A stretch of DNA of 64,000 bases. It comes from Felis catus (Eukaryota). Under the pieces are notes generated by a model. That model was not told the origin of the DNA, did not search any database, and was given only the letters and a program-made list of their open reading frames with translations. Shown piece by piece: positions 37,393 through 50,737 of the stretch (positions within the stretch are counted from its first letter, which is position 1; the number at the start of each line of letters is the position of its first letter). Made by a program: the position numbers and the translations under genes. Where the stretch lies: the NCBI RefSeq assembly GCF_018350175.1, contig NC_058373.1:107572001-107636000 (forward strand), given 5' to 3'.

Positions 37393-38511
37393 GTTGTGAA
37401 GGCCAATGTCAAAGAAATTACTGCCGATGTTTTCTTCCACACGTTTCAAGATTTCAGGTCTCACATTTAGATCTTTAATCCATTTTGAATTTATTTTTGT
37501 GTATGGTGTAAGGAAGTGGTCCAGTTTCATTCTTTGGCATGTAGCTGTCCAGTTTTCCCATCACCGTTCATTGTAGAGACTGTCTTTTCCCCATTGTATA
37601 TGCTTGCCTCCTCTGTTGTAGATTGACCATGTAAACATGGGTTTATTTCTGGGCTCTCTTTTGTTGTCTATTTTTTTTTCCAGTAACATACTGTTTTGAT
37701 TACTATGGCTTTGTAGTATATCTTGAAATACAGGATTGTGATATCAGCTTTGTTCCTTTACAAGATTGCTTTGACTACTCAGGGTTCTTTGTGTTTCCAT
37801 ACAAATTTTAATATTATTTGTTCTAGTTCCGTGAAATGGGTTGGGTGTCTTTTTATCTGTGTTTACTATACGCAGAATTTCCCTTCAATGGAAGAACAGA
37901 GAAAAGAGAACAAATCCAGAAGTGTAGGGTTTCTCCCTACCATAAGGAAAGGAAATATGTTCAAAGATACAAATCAGTGTGGAATGATATTTTACTTGCA
38001 TGCTTTTAGGAGACACATATAGACAGAGATCAAAGGAAAGCAGAGAAACCAGGAGACGGTGGTTGATTATAACCTTCCAACTGTAATTGTGCCTCAATTT
38101 GCAGGGAAATAGGTTCTCTTTCACAGACCTATTGATGTGAGCTGTAGGATCCTTTGGGCTACAGAAAAGACCAGAATGTGTCTGGCATGTCCCAGAGCTC
38201 CAGCTTGGGGGTTTCATGTGGTCTTTGGTTGTAAGTATATGGGCAGTGCTGCTCTGAGTTACATGAAGAGTCAGTATATATGATGGGATCTAGGCCCACT
38301 GGGCTTCTCATCAACCCACAGAAAAACACAAACACTCCAAATGCCACATGGAATGGCTGCACTATTTACATTTATTGTTTTTTGAAAAATTATAAAAAGT
38401 ATATTTATTATATATGAGTTATAAATTTCTAAGCTGCATAGAAAGGAAAATAAGTGTTGTCATAAACCCAAGTAACCACTGTTGAAATCCTGGAACTGCT
38501 TCTTTCAGTCC

Positions 38512-38551
38512 TATGTGCATGTGCGCGTGTGTGTGTGTGTGTGTGTACATG
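38512..38551. repeat. (TG)n / alternating purine-pyrimidine tract
   Basis: tatgtgcatgtgcgcgtgtgtg..gtacatg. Confidence 0.9.
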
Positions 38552-38727
38552 AAAGTGTGCAAGCATGATATTAGCAAGATTTCCCAGCATCTTGCACTCC
38601 CGGAAAGGCTCCAACCTGTGGCATATATGCCAGAAGTCCAAAGTCCTCCTCAGTATTTCTAGAAATTCCAGAGAGTCTTATGTCTTCTGGATTAACTGCC
38701 CCAAAGCATCTATTTCTACAGACATTT

Positions 38728-38953
38728 GATATTTATTCATTAATTCATTCATTCATTCATTCATTCATTCATTCATTCATTCATTCAGAAAGCAAGCTAG
38801 GAGGATCAGAGGGAGAAGGAGAAAGAGAATCTCAAACAGGCTCCATGCCCAGCACAGAGCCTGACATGAGGCTCAATCTCATGACCATGAGATCATGACC
38901 TTAGCCAAAATTTAAGAGTGGACGCTTCATCAACTGAGCCACCCAGGTGCCTC
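38728..38953 (-). mobile_element. Can-SINE with an (ATTC)n microsatellite tail
   Basis: (attc)n at ~38735-38786 followed by the SINE body. TSD tctacagacattt at 38715-38727 and 38954-38966. Confidence 0.93.
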
Positions 38954-40009
38954 TCTACAGACATTTTAATTGTGTTCTGCATTTCACAGACTTAGATGGA
39001 TAGTAAGTCTTTCTCTGGACTTCTACCCCAAATGTCCACTCGTGCAAAGCATCTACTGATGAAGTGGACTTTCTTGAAAATTTCAGGTGGATATAGAGTT
39101 GATGTTTTGATTGTGGCCACAGTGGCACCTTCAAATGAAAAACCAGACATCTGCATGACTTGTTAGCAGCCTCCCAGTGTAGAATATCTCTGGCTGCTTT
39201 ACTCTGGGAAGTCTCAGAATCATGCCCACCAGCTCCTTGTTCCTCCTTTGGTTCCATGCCCCTTTCTCCCCACGGTCATCACCAGATACCCCATAGCTTC
39301 TCTGTTGCTTTGCACCTGTTCAATACCCAACCTCAAGGTCTCCCTTCTAATACAAGTGGCTTATGAAGAAATTTTCTTAAACAAGGACCTTTCTTCTTAT
39401 AGAACTGTTATAGTAATAAAAATGGTGAGTTCATACTGTCTGTAGTCTTCATCCTGCCTTTTAAAATCAAGTATTATATTTTTCGCACTTGCCCATATCA
39501 TTAAGACATATCATTATTAAATAGATGCACCATTGTTCATTTCACTCTTCAATGATGAACGATAAAGTTCATTTCACTATTGTTGGGCATTCTTTGCTTT
39601 AGGGAAATTTATAAAGCAGAAATGATTAGCTTAAGGGGTGTGAATGTTTTTAAGGTCCAATACTAATTGCCAAATTGTCCTCCAGAAAGGTTATGTCAAT
39701 TTGCACACAGCTGTAAATGAAGAGTGTCAAGTGACTATTCTTTAAGTGATTTGCTAATTTGTCATTGGCTGTGGGAAAGACTATTTCAGGGCAGTAAAGT
39801 ATCTGGTCAGTTACAGCCACAGAAAGCCCGGGGCACTGAGGGTGTTCTAGGCCTGGCTGGACTTCAGAGCCCTGGGGTAGTCTACAAACCTCTCAGAACC
39901 TCTGGTCCTGCTGCCCCACCCAGGCAAGGATACCCAGTGACTCATGTAAGCACACAGGTTCTCACACCCTGCCTCCTGCTCTTGGAGACATAACATTCCT
40001 TAGGGTATC

Positions 40010-40064
40010 TTTTTTTTTAATTGATCTATTTCAAGAGAGAGAGTGGGGGAGGGGCAGAAAGAGC

Positions 40065-40104
<40 letters not shown>

Positions 40105-40229
40105 CCCAGCAGGCTCTGTACTGCCAGCACAGAGCCCAACACAGGGTTCAATCCCAAGAATTGTGAGATCATGACCAGAGCCAAAATCAAGAGTCCGCGG
40201 CTTAACCCACTGAGCCACCCAGGCACCCC
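40010..40229 (-). mobile_element. Can-SINE
   Basis: T tail, (GA)n, gagatcatgaccagagccaaaatcaagag..ccacccaggcacccc. Confidence 0.94.
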
Positions 40230-42993
40230 TCCCTATGGTATCTCTTATTCTACCTTGGATATGCTGCCCCAGCCATTCCTTTTAGCTATTCCTCAACAGA
40301 CCAGGGTAACTTTGGGTACACGAGCCTTTCTCCCCATTCAATAGGGAACTGGGTCTCTGGTACCACCAAACTCGTTTCTCTTTCCCTCATTGGAGCCTGG
40401 AGGGGATCAGGGCTTCAGCTATTCCATCATCCAGTCCCTTCAGTCTGCTTTCTCCCTCCCCAAAGGCGTCAGGAGTGCACACAAGCAGAGCCTCAGAGCT
40501 CTTCTTTCCTTTACAGATCCCCTTCTTTCCTTTATGGAGACGGAAGACGTCTAGGGAATCTGAGGCTGTCACCCTTCGCTCTGTCAGGACATTGGTGAGT
40601 TTCTGCTTTTCCCACTTTGTGAGCAAAGCACACATGTGCACCAGCAGCTGAGACTCTGGCTGTTCAGACTATTTTTAAGCAGACTAAAAATACTGACTTA
40701 CCTCAGAGGATTATGCTGAAGGAGCTTGTTTAGGGTATCGGGTGAACCTTTACAAATATAAAATGCTTTGCGTCACCTGCTCTTACACTGCACTGGTTCC
40801 TCCCTTGGGAACAAAGCAGGAAGATAGTTATAAACTCAGGCTGGGCAAAGGAACTGGGGTGATGGGCAGACTGGAGAGTAAGGGGCTCTCGGGGGGTTGG
40901 TGATGTTCTGTTTGATTGGCCTCTCTCACCTCTGGACAAGTCCAGGGCAGACCCTGGATGCCCAGACCCCATCCAGGCCCAAAACATAGAAAGTGCCCTA
41001 TAAGTGTTGGTTGTTGATGGGAATGCAGTGAGATGGGTGTTCCCTGGCTGGAATGGTGCGATGATTGAGGCCAGCTGCCCTAGATGTTATGATTTCTGAT
41101 CTCCCTGTTTGGGTAACAGAAGCCCGGGCACATGCACACACTTGTCTACCCTCCTTTCCTCCCCCCTCGCTCCCCCACCCCCCGCCCTTCCACAGTGTCC
41201 CTGGGCTCATTCCCTACTTGGGACATCTGCTTCCCCAGCGGAAGCCTCAGGGGTGCTTTCACTATTGCAGAGTGGAAGAAGATCAAGTGCTCTCCTGTTC
41301 CAGGTCAGGCACTTTGGATTTAACCTTGAGGCAGAGGATCAGCTGCCCTGACAACCCGTAGCTTTCTACAGCAACACCTCCCGCAAAGGTAGCCCAGCAC
41401 GTCCTTGGCCACCGGTTTCCTGGGGCGATAAAAATAGCTGAGGCCCTGCAGCTGCTGAATGATGAGTTCTGGAAGGAGATGATTGATTCTCACAGCTGAG
41501 CCGCAGGGTCAGCGAGCACCGTGCAAGCAGAGAGGCTGGGGTGAAGGCTGGGCCCGCCCGGGGTCCTGCTATAGATAGAGCTGTTGACAGAGTGATCCTG
41601 GGCTCTCCCTACCTGAGGGGAACACAAAACAAGCTAATTAAAAGGAACTGCAAAGGGCTCTTGTGGAATGAGGCCGACTGTGCACCCTTTTCTTTAAGGC
41701 CAGACTTGACCTTTTTTGATACATGCAGTCGTTTCCCCTCCTTTATCTGAGACAAGATTCAAAGTGGGGAGAGTGTTCATTTCCAGGGAAGGCAATGGGG
41801 TGGTAAAATGAGAGGATCTCCCACTTTCCCCAAAGCCATGGTGAGGAGTCGTCGGGGCTTATGAAACACCATGGGGACGCTGATGTCAGGCACCTTGGGA
41901 TGGCCTGGAATTATTATCTGCTCCCTGCTTGGGCTGGAGCAGCGCTCCTGTTTGCCCGGCCAGGAAACTAGGTTTGGGTGATCTACTGAGGCTGTGGGCT
42001 GATTAATCACCATGATCTAAGGTTAACCATGCACAAGAAGCTCCTGACATTAACAGAGTAGCTCTTAAGCCAGTACCCACATCATGAGGCCGCTGGGTTG
42101 TGCACAAGGAAACAGGTGGACCTGTGAAGTTACACAGCTGGTGTAGATCTGGATGATTCAGAGACGTGGCCATATGCGTTTACTTTACAGTGCATGTTTT
42201 TTTTAGGCAGTCTTTCCCCCAGTGTTCTATAAAGTAACAATAATCAGGTGAGAGAAAGAGTGAGGAAGAGAGAGAAATTTGTGGAGGAGGGAGCCATTAG
42301 GAGACAAATGGAAAAGGATATGTTTTCAGATGAGATTATTAAAAAGACGATGAGTGGAAGAGATGGCCAGACAGAGAAGATAATCCAGATGGCTGTTGCT
42401 CCGCAGAAGGTGCTGTGTTGTAATTGGAGCAGAGGGAAAGGGAGAGGGGGACCCATGTGTTTTCATGAAAGAGACAAAAGGAAGACTTTGCAGAGATGTC
42501 TGGGTTAGCACCTCGGCCTTGAAAGTGAAGTGGGCCCTCCCTTTGTGCTTTGTATGTCTTTGTCTTTTATGGAGCCATAGGAGATGCATGTGTTCAGCCT
42601 CTCTTCCTCTTGGTTCTGTGCTCATTATCCCTCCCCTGAATTACAGCTGTATGGCTCTAAACCCTTCCCCGGGCAGCCACTCTGTCTCCCACCCCCAACC
42701 TAATTCCTGAGTCACCTCTACATCCATCAGTGTTTTGGGGGAGTGGTTATGTGTAACTGAATCCGAGCTCCGTGGTTGTCCCTGACTGTAGAGTTTATGC
42801 AGCAGCGACCTGAATCTCTAGTTCTACAGAACAGAGCCCGGTCAAAAGAAGTAACCAAGATGATGAGCTGTCTGGAAACTGAGTCAGACCAACTTGTGGC
42901 AGGGGCGGGGGGGAGGGTGGGGTTGCAGATATTGTAACTAGTCTAGAAAAGCGATTTCTGGACACCAAGAAAATAGCCCTATAGTTTACCCCT

Positions 42994-43427
42994 AGGTCTG
43001 TCCCTAATATTTGTGGGAGACCAATAGAGGCTCTTTTTCTTCCAAACCCCTACCCTGTCCCAGACCCCAAGAGGCCTTGCACACAGGTGTGTGTGAAGAA
43101 CTCACAACCACGCTCCATCTCTGCCAAACAGCTGCCCCTTAGCCGCTGCCTGGGACCAAAGTGTGCAAGTCAAGCCACCCATGTGAGCACAGACCTGGAA
43201 GAGGCCACAGACTGGGGCTATTTGGGCAAGGAATTCTCAGGTTACGGTCACCCCTGTCAAGGTCTAGAAGGAGGTGTCACTGCATCTAGGTGGGCATGTC
43301 CCCTTGGTCCCACAGGCTTGTCATTGCTTCATGGAAAGCAATGTGACCCAGGAAGGGCTAGAATGGGGCTCCCAAGGTGAGAAGCCCAGGGTGGGGGCCC
43401 AGGAGCCCAGGTATAAATCTGGGACTG
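42994..43427 (+). mobile_element. MER115/Zaphod-like hAT-Tip100 element, internally deleted
   Basis: caaacagctgccccttagcc..ggggctatttgggcaaggaattc..ggtctagaagg..ggtgggcatgtccccttggtccc..gcccagggtgggggccc matches the recalled MER115 3' half. Confidence 0.65.
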
Positions 43428-43617
43428 AGTATGTCAAGCTCAAGTTGTTCAAAATGGGATGAATTTCTTGCCAAATCTACTCCCCTCTATTCTGCTACCA
43501 CTGTCCACCATCAGGGGAAAGCAGAGAGTGAAACCCCTTGTCCATTCAAAGCAGCTTTCTATGGGTTCCAGCTCCTTCACACCTTCAGAATCTTCCCTCT
43601 CTTTCAGCCCTCAGCTT

Positions 43618-43816
43618 TTTTTTTTTTTTTTTTTTTTTTGAGAGAGAGAGAGTGGGGGAAGGGGGCAGAGAGAGAAAGAGAGAGGGAGAGAATCCCAAAC
43701 AGGTTCCACACTCAGCATGGACCCCAGCAAAGGGCTTGATCCCACAATCCTGGGATCATGACCTGAGCTGAAATCAAGAGTTGAATGTTCAACTGACTGA
43801 ACCACCCAGGCAGCCC
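43618..43816 (-). mobile_element. Can-SINE
   Basis: Long poly-T. TSD tcagccctcagctt at 43604-43617 and 43817-43830. Confidence 0.95.
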
Positions 43817-43829
43817 TCAGCCCTCAGCT

Positions 43830-44420
43830 TCTACCCAGTGATAGCTCTCACTTGTTCCTGGACTGATTTCCTGGCCTCCTGGGTTGGTCTCCTCTCCTCT
43901 CATCTCCACACGGCCACCCCAGCACTCTTTCCCTAGGGTAAATATGACCTCTATACCCTCTGTCCTACTTAAAACTCTTCACAGGCTCCGTATGCCAACA
44001 GGATTAAGTCTAAGCTCTGAAGGCCAGCGCACAAATCTCTGTAACCTGCCCCACCCCCTCCACTCTCCCCAGCCTCCAACACTGAGCTTTGCCAAACACA
44101 CATACAGCTAATGCAATATACCCTTTCTAACCCTTTCCCCTCCTCATTTACCCCGCTCCCTCTACCTGAAAGACCCTTTCTCATCTGCCTGATCAATATA
44201 TACTCACTTCCTCTCAAATAGAAGCCTTTCCAAGGTCCCCTACTCTCCCTTTCCTCCCCAGATACACTTGATCATCTCATCTGTAAACTGAGCTAATGCC
44301 CCACATCATAGCAATGAAAATACTTTCTAGCATTTACTTGTTTACAAGCCTGTTTGTGTCTAAGCAGACTGTAAGCTCTCTGAAGAGAGGGCCTGGCAGA
44401 GTAATGTGTGTTAAACTGAA
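43830..44420 (+). mobile_element. L2 fragment
   Basis: cttaaaactcttcacaggctcc..gaagcctttcc..agactgtaagctctctgaagagaggg. Confidence 0.6.
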
Positions 44421-45099
44421 ATACAAAAGTGTACCTATGATCAGTGCTTCTTGCCACAGATAGAATCATGTGACAAGCATATATTACCCGATTTGTTTTT
44501 ACCAGACTTTTTATATGGAAACAATTTTTCAACAATGGGCAGGAACTCATCATGAGTTTCCGGCATGCATTCAAAACATAGATGAGTCCATAAAAGGTGC
44601 TCAGTCTTGCTGAGAACCCTTGGCATTGCCAGCAGCTGGAAAGGTGCTTAGAGCTTCCAACAGTTCCAGTCCTGTGGACTTTGTGTCTCAGGTGCCAGGG
44701 TTATCTCAGGACGAAGGGTAGGTCAGTTACTCTGGCCACTTGGCTCAGCAACTCCTTCGTCCAACCGGAGCTTCTTTCTTACCTTGGAAAAGGAAGGGAA
44801 AGGAGAGAGAACAGATAGGTATGAAATCTACACAGGTGGTCAGGGATCAATGCCCATCTCATCCATCCATGATGCATTGAATGGGCTAGTGCCAAAGATA
44901 CTGTCATGAACAAAACACAACCTTGCCCTTGAAAGGCTCACACTTGGAAGGTAGGAAAGTAAATCAATGGGAAGTGTGTCACAGAATGCCTGCCAAAATG
45001 GGGTAAAATACTAAATGATTGAAGGACCCTGAGTAGGGACGGCCACTCGACTCCTTCCCATGGCTACTGGCCCTGTGTGATCTAAGTCTGACTGCATGA

Positions 45100-45443
45100 G
45101 CTTGTTCACTGGTCTCTCTGTACACTTTGTCCCCTTTGAACTATATACCACTGGCTGCTTTTCAACTTCTAGCTTCTACTGAATATCATTTCCTCAAAGA
45201 GGCCTTCCTCCATTGCCCCATCTATGGTAACCTAGCAACTTTAATTGTTATTATTTGCTCTAGGTTTCTTGTTTATTTCCTTTAAAGCATTTATCAAGTG
45301 TGACCATCTTATTTATTTATATTTTATTATCTCTCCAAATCCACAACAGACTAAGCACCATGAGGGCAGAGACTGTATCATCTTGTTTTTGACAGCATCT
45401 GGCACATGGTAGGGACTTAAAAATAATTTATTAAGCAAATGAA
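45100..45443 (+). mobile_element. L2 3' end
   Basis: tcatttcctcaaagaggccttcc..ccatgagggcagagactgtatc..tggcacatggtagggacttaa..aaatgaa. Confidence 0.65.
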
Positions 45444-47057
45444 AGAAAGAAGGGTTCTCTTGTTGTTTTTCTGGCATTTGGTGGTATGAGGTGGCAGAGG
45501 TGTCACAGAAGGCTTCCCAGAAGACGGGACATTTGAACAGCACCTTGTAGCACTATGAAGTGTTTGCCAGATGGAAGGGCCATTGCAGGTGTACCAGCAG
45601 GGAGGTGGTTCTGACAGGGGTGAAGGGTAGGGGTGGGCAGGGATACATGTAGCTCTTCCAGGGTGATAGGGAGGGGGACAACTGCTATCTGTAATCTCTC
45701 ACTTTTTGTGTCTGGCCCCTCCTTGATGGATGCAGCAATGAGGTGATTATTAAAAGTGTATTTTGACATCTACTTCTTGGGCAAGCCAACCTGAGCTGAA
45801 CATTCAACACAAGCTAATCAGTTAGATCTCAGAGAGCTACCTGAGGGACCCAACAAGAATAGCAAGGACACTCAAGTGACCTCAGATGATTCCAAAACCT
45901 GAGGGAAATACTCCAGCAAGCCTAAGTCATCTGATCATGAGATTCATCTCCTGACTGTCTCTGACTGCTCACAAAGAGCTGGCCAAGGACATTCCAGCTC
46001 TGCCAGGCCACTGGGCCAAGTTCCCAGGTTCCCAGGGACAGCTATCCACTCTCCTCTATCCCCCATCACACTCAAGGGAAAACACACAGAATGGGCTTGT
46101 GTCCATGGGCTGGCAGACACCTGCTCCAGAGCCAGCAAAATAACCATCATCTTTGCACTGGGACAGTAGGCAGGGCTGTTGTGGGCAGAGCCATGGTGAT
46201 TTATGACACCCAGGCTCACCATCGGGATGGTGCCAGGTAGAATCTCCAACTTCACTAGGCAAGGTCTCTCCCTTCCAGTGATTTATGAATCCATAGTGAG
46301 CCAGCCATTTTTTCCTTTTCTTCTTTCTGCCCCCTTGTCCCAGAAAAAATAGATCTCATACCACCATGGGCACTATGGGTTTGATGACAAAGACAGAGAG
46401 ACTCCACTTGTCTATCTCCCTGCAGAACTTGCTGTCAGGGGATGGGTGGCTGTTGGTCAGTAGCCACATCTATTTTGCTGGCAGTTTCAGCTATTTGTGT
46501 GACACTTGGGCCACAGCACCAGTCATCATTCTCTTACTATAGCTTCATTGGTTGCCAGGATCTACTATCCATCTGTGGCAGGCCTGGCTCAAAACTTTGA
46601 AGTCAAGTTTTTCTCTCCTTCCTACCTCCTTTTTACCTTCCCTAAGAACCCACAAGTCTTTGTTTGATTTCTTGGCATGAAAATGGAGGGGATTGGGGTT
46701 TCCTTCCATAAAAGTGTAACAGTGACGAGAGTGGCCCTTTTCATGCTGTCACCAAGCAGCTAGTACCCTGAACCCATTACGTTTGTGCTGTACAATAAAT
46801 GGGCCTTGAGCTTTTTCAAAATCATCCCTTTGCTCCAAGAAGTCAAAGAGGGAACAGGAAAATGGCATTTACTTCTTTGTTGTTTTTAGGTGCCCTGGCG
46901 TTACTCTTGTGCTACATCAGGGCATTGGTGTCCTCAAGGTCTGGGACGTGGCAGAGACACAGCTAAGACAGAGTAGGAGGGAGGTTGGGAAGTACCTCCC
47001 AGCATTGCCAGCTTTGGAAGCCAGAGTTCCTTGGCAAAGAACCTTCATTCACTCAAA

Positions 47058-47072
47058 CCCACAGGGGGCGCT
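47058..47072 (+). promoter_or_regulatory. Candidate CTCF site
   Basis: cccacagggggcgct, a 13/15 match to the core CCACCAGGGGGCGCT. Confidence 0.35.
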
Positions 47073-47589
47073 TGGGTGTTTACCAGGTAGAAGCAGGCAT
47101 CTACAGAAAATCTCAAGCAAAAAGCAAGAGCAACCACCCTGTGAGGTTAGGCCCCTTCCTGTCCACCATGCATTGGCAAGTGGGAGGAAGGGTAGGCAAT
47201 CCAGCACCAAGACCCCTGCTCTCACCCACAGCAGCCCCCCTGCATTCTGCTCAGAAAAACTGACATAAGCCAGGCCTATTGGGTTTCAGCTCCAAATGTG
47301 GCAGCCAGCCACGGGCTATGTCAGGTCTCAGGAAGGCCAGGGCTGCTTCTCTCAGTTTGCCAGGCTGTGGTATGTGGCTGCCACCCCTCTGGTCTCTGGT
47401 GGCCTCGATGGTGCAGCCCACCTGTACCTCTTCTTTCAGCAGAGCTAAGCACAAGTGTGCGCTGGAGACTCTGGGAGGCTTTGAGGCCTCATGGGTTGTA
47501 GGCAAGGCACCTACTGTGCTTGTTTCAGGGGCCCCTCCTCTTGGGATGATGGCACATTGTGGGTGATCAGTAACGTATGCAGCCCCTCT

Positions 47590-47790
47590 GGAGTGCTTAT
47601 TTTCCATCCGGCACTGTGCTAAGTACTTGACATCATCTCACTGAATCCTTTCTGCATCCTCTGTAGACAAGGAAACTGAGCTTCCTGTGATGATAATTAT
47701 TCAAGATCATACCAGTAATTGGGGGAGCCAAGGATTCTACACATGGCTCCAATGCTCACGTGCTTAATAAGTGAATTATACTGCCTCCTA
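47590..47790 (-). mobile_element. MIR
   Basis: ggcactgtgctaagtact..catctcactgaatcct..gacaaggaaactgag..caagatcatacc. Confidence 0.7.
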
Positions 47791-47974
47791 CCACAAGGCT
47801 TATCAGAATTCAGATATTTAAGGAACACTAGGTAAATTAGTCAAAATGCCAAGTAGCTAAACCCAGGCTGTTCAGATAAAGCAATCAATTTCCCAGAATA
47901 TTAGCAGGGATGAAGCAGAGACACCATCTGCCCCTCTCGGCCACTAGGCAGCCACTAGCTGTGATGGTTTCCTC

Positions 47975-48078
47975 TGCTCCTAATTACCCACCAAAGGCTC
48001 CATCTCCAAATATCATTGCACTAGGGGACTAGGGCTTCAACAAATGAATTTGGGGGCACAGAATATTCAGTCTATAGA
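47975..48078 (-). mobile_element. MLT1A-like LTR fragment
   Basis: cctaattacccaccaaaggctccatctccaaatatcat..agggcttcaacaaatgaatttgggggcaca..attcagtctatag. Confidence 0.7.
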
Positions 48079-48222
48079 AATCACATAGCCAGTAAATTTC
48101 AGAGCCAGAGTTTGAATGCAGATGGTCTGGCTCTAGTATATTCTACTGCCCCATAATATTTTCCATAAGTGATATACTATATGGCTGTTCTGTAGCCTGT
48201 TTTCTTTGATTCCATAGTGTAT

Positions 48223-48423
48223 ATATATTTTGTGTGTGTTGGGTCGGGGGTGGGGTGGGGGGGAGAACGCAAGCAGGGAAAGGCCAGAGAGAGAGGATTT
48301 GAAGCTGGCTCTGCACTGACAGGCTGACAGCAGTGAGCCCGATGTGGGGCTCAAACTCATGAACCATGAGCTCATGACCTGAGCTGAGTTGGACGCTTAA
48401 CTGACTGAGCCACCAGGTGTCCC
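48223..48423 (-). mobile_element. Can-SINE variant (ctgacaggctgacagc duplication, G-rich tail region)
   Basis: ggggctcaaactcatgaaccatgag..gagccaccaggtgtccc. TSD-like tccatagtRtat at 48211-48222 and 48427-48438. Confidence 0.9.
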
Positions 48424-49795
48424 AACTCCATAGTATATTTTGACCATGTTTCTATTTGAATAAATATACATCTACAACATCATTTTAGTGATTGCACCAT
48501 TAGTGGAGTGAGGGTACAAAGAATCTAAATTTTTCTACTTAATACTCATGTGATATTGCTTTATGCCTTTGCAATGCAAGGACAATGGTAATACCTATCA
48601 CAGATTTTGGGGGCTTAAATAATGCATGTAAATATATTTATAAATCATAACATTCTATATAAATGTAACTCATAATGATTATTGTTACTATTAATTATAT
48701 ACCTGGATGAGGAGACTTCCCACAGGCTGGGGTATTGCAGGGAATAGAACTACTGGTTACCTGGATGTTCTCACTTGATGAAAATTCACTTGTGTTTTGT
48801 GCCCCTTTTTTATATGTTATATTTTAGTGCAAAACATACATTAAAAAACTGTTCCTCCTTTTCTATGGAATTAAGTGCCAATTTCTGACTCTGGTATTAA
48901 GGGCCTTCTACACTGACTTCCCTTCACAGCCTAATCACCTCAGTCCAACCTCAGCAGGAGACACATCATTCTTTTCAGTCATCCTAAACTTTCTTGCTTC
49001 TATGTCCTTCGTCTGATGCTTCCATGACCTCCTCTTTAAGATCTTCTCAAATACCATCTTCTCTGTGCATTCTTCCTTGGTCCCTGTTCAGCCCCCACTT
49101 CTGAGTTCCCTTCTTCCTTGAGTTCACATTCTGTGTTCTACTCATCAGGGACATTCTGCCAACAAATACTCTTTGAATGGAACTTTCTGGGGTCTCTAGT
49201 GAAGGCCTACAGCTCTGCCTTGTGGATCCCTCCCTCATGGAAGACATTGACTCCACAGAGCCCTGACTTAGGATGGCTAATGGTTGACCACATTTCTGAC
49301 TTTGTTTGAGAAAAGTTCCACAGCTTGAAACGGAAGCACTACTGTTTTTGCCTTGCGTGGAGGTTTTCTGTATTTTCTTTCAAGCTAAAGCGTAAGTTCT
49401 AGGAGGACAGGGGCCATGTGTCATATGTGTTTGTATCTGCTCCTTACTGACATCAACCATGGGCAAACACGATGGTGTGTATAGGGTACAGGCACCATGG
49501 GAAATGGCATGAATGGTTACTGGTTTTGTATGAGTTGGAGCACATAGCTAAGAAAGCACCACTACCTGCTTTACACACCATCTAGAGCCCTTTAGCAGTC
49601 AAAGGGAAAGGCATCTGGCCATTGTTAGCCATCTCTGAGACAGAGCAAATGAAGCCACAGAATGATTCCGGGCTGCAGGGCTCTGATGTGGCTGGTGGCT
49701 TCTACTTAAGCAGTTGGGAACCCCCCTGCTAGGGAATTGATAGAGAAAGTCTTTCTCATTCGATTGGTTCTTCCACTGAATGGAATATGTTAGAG

Positions 49796-50093
49796 CAGGG
49801 GTTGGCAAACTTTTTTCTGTAAAGGGCCAGGATAGTAAATACTTTAGGCTTTGCAGGCCATATGATCTCTGTTGCAACTCTCCTCAACTCAGCCATTATA
49901 GCATGAGGGCAGCCACAGACAACACATAAACAAATGTGTGACTGTGTTACAGTCAAACTGTAATGTGGACACTGAAATTTGCATTTCGTATTATTTTAAC
50001 ATCAGAAAACAGCATTCTTCTTTTGATATTTATAAGCCATTAAAAAATACAAAAATCTTTCTTAGCTCGTGGGCTATAGCTGGCCAACCTCTG
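49796..50093 (+). mobile_element. MER58B-like hAT-Charlie MITE
   Basis: TIRs caggggttggcaaac / gctggccaacctctg; internal ctgtaaagggccag..tagtaaatactttaggctttgcaggcca; degenerate 8-bp TSD tgttagag/agttagac. Confidence 0.85.
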
Positions 50094-50149
50094 AGTTAGA
50101 CCATCATGAGGAAGACTTTCTTTTGCTTTACGGAAGTTCTCTTTAGACA

Positions 50150-50320
50150 AATTGCCTCAGAATCACTGAGGGGTAGAAAGGAATGTCTGTTAAAAATATA
50201 GCTTCCTGGTCCCCTCACCAGACCCGGTGAATCAGATCACCTGGGAAGCTACCAGGAAACCGCGATTTTCACAGATCCTCCTAGCTGAGCGTGAAATACA
50301 CTAAGTGCGGAGAACCATTT
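50150..50320. mobile_element. MER5-type MITE
   Basis: cagaatcac..gttaaaaatatagcttcctggtcccc..ccagacccggtgaatcaga..gagaaccatt. Confidence 0.6.
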
Positions 50321-50460
50321 CAGACAAAAGGAAACTTTCTTAGACAAGCTTTTCAATTTTGGCAGAAAAATGAAGCCAACCAACAGAAAAGTGCTTCCTA
50401 CCTGAGTAGGTTCTTTTAGGATATTTTGAAAGCCACTTGCTTTCAAGTAATGTGTTTTCT

Positions 50461-50688
50461 AATGTTTTTAGAAGTTTTAAAAAATATATTTATTCAGAGA
50501 GAGAGTATGTGCACAGGTATGTGCGGGGATGAGGGGAGGGGCAGAGAGAGAGGGAGAGAGAGAATCCCAAGCAGGCTCCGTGCTCATGGAGCCTGTTGCA
50601 GGGCTCGTGAACTCACAAACCGCAATATTGTGACCTGAGCTGAAATCAAGAGTCAGACACTTAACCTACTGAGCCACCCAGGCATCCC
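50461..50688 (-). mobile_element. Can-SINE
   Basis: SINE body ending gagccacccaggcatccc. TSD caagtaatgtgttttct (50444-50460) / caagtgctgtgttttct (50692-50708). Confidence 0.93.
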
Positions 50689-50737
50689 AACCAAGTGCTG
50701 TGTTTTCTGGAGAAAACGAATGGGCAGCTGAACCCTT

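Larger units (their letters stand above)
35884..37835 (-). mobile_element. 5'-truncated carnivore L1 (ORF2 C-terminus plus 3' UTR) with two nested SINEs
   Basis: ORF 37240..37530(-) [26 protein letters not shown] and ORF 36683..36892(-) [17 protein letters not shown] are L1 ORF2 remnants. Degenerate TSD atgggttgattgtattttt (35870-35888) / atgggttgggtgtcttttt (37836-37854). Confidence 0.92.

Noticed and set aside
46870..46945. Possible small exon (ttgtttttag|gtgccc..aag|gtctgg)
   Set aside because: The donor is weak, the peptide is unrecognisable and no partner exons were found; such sites are frequent by chance.
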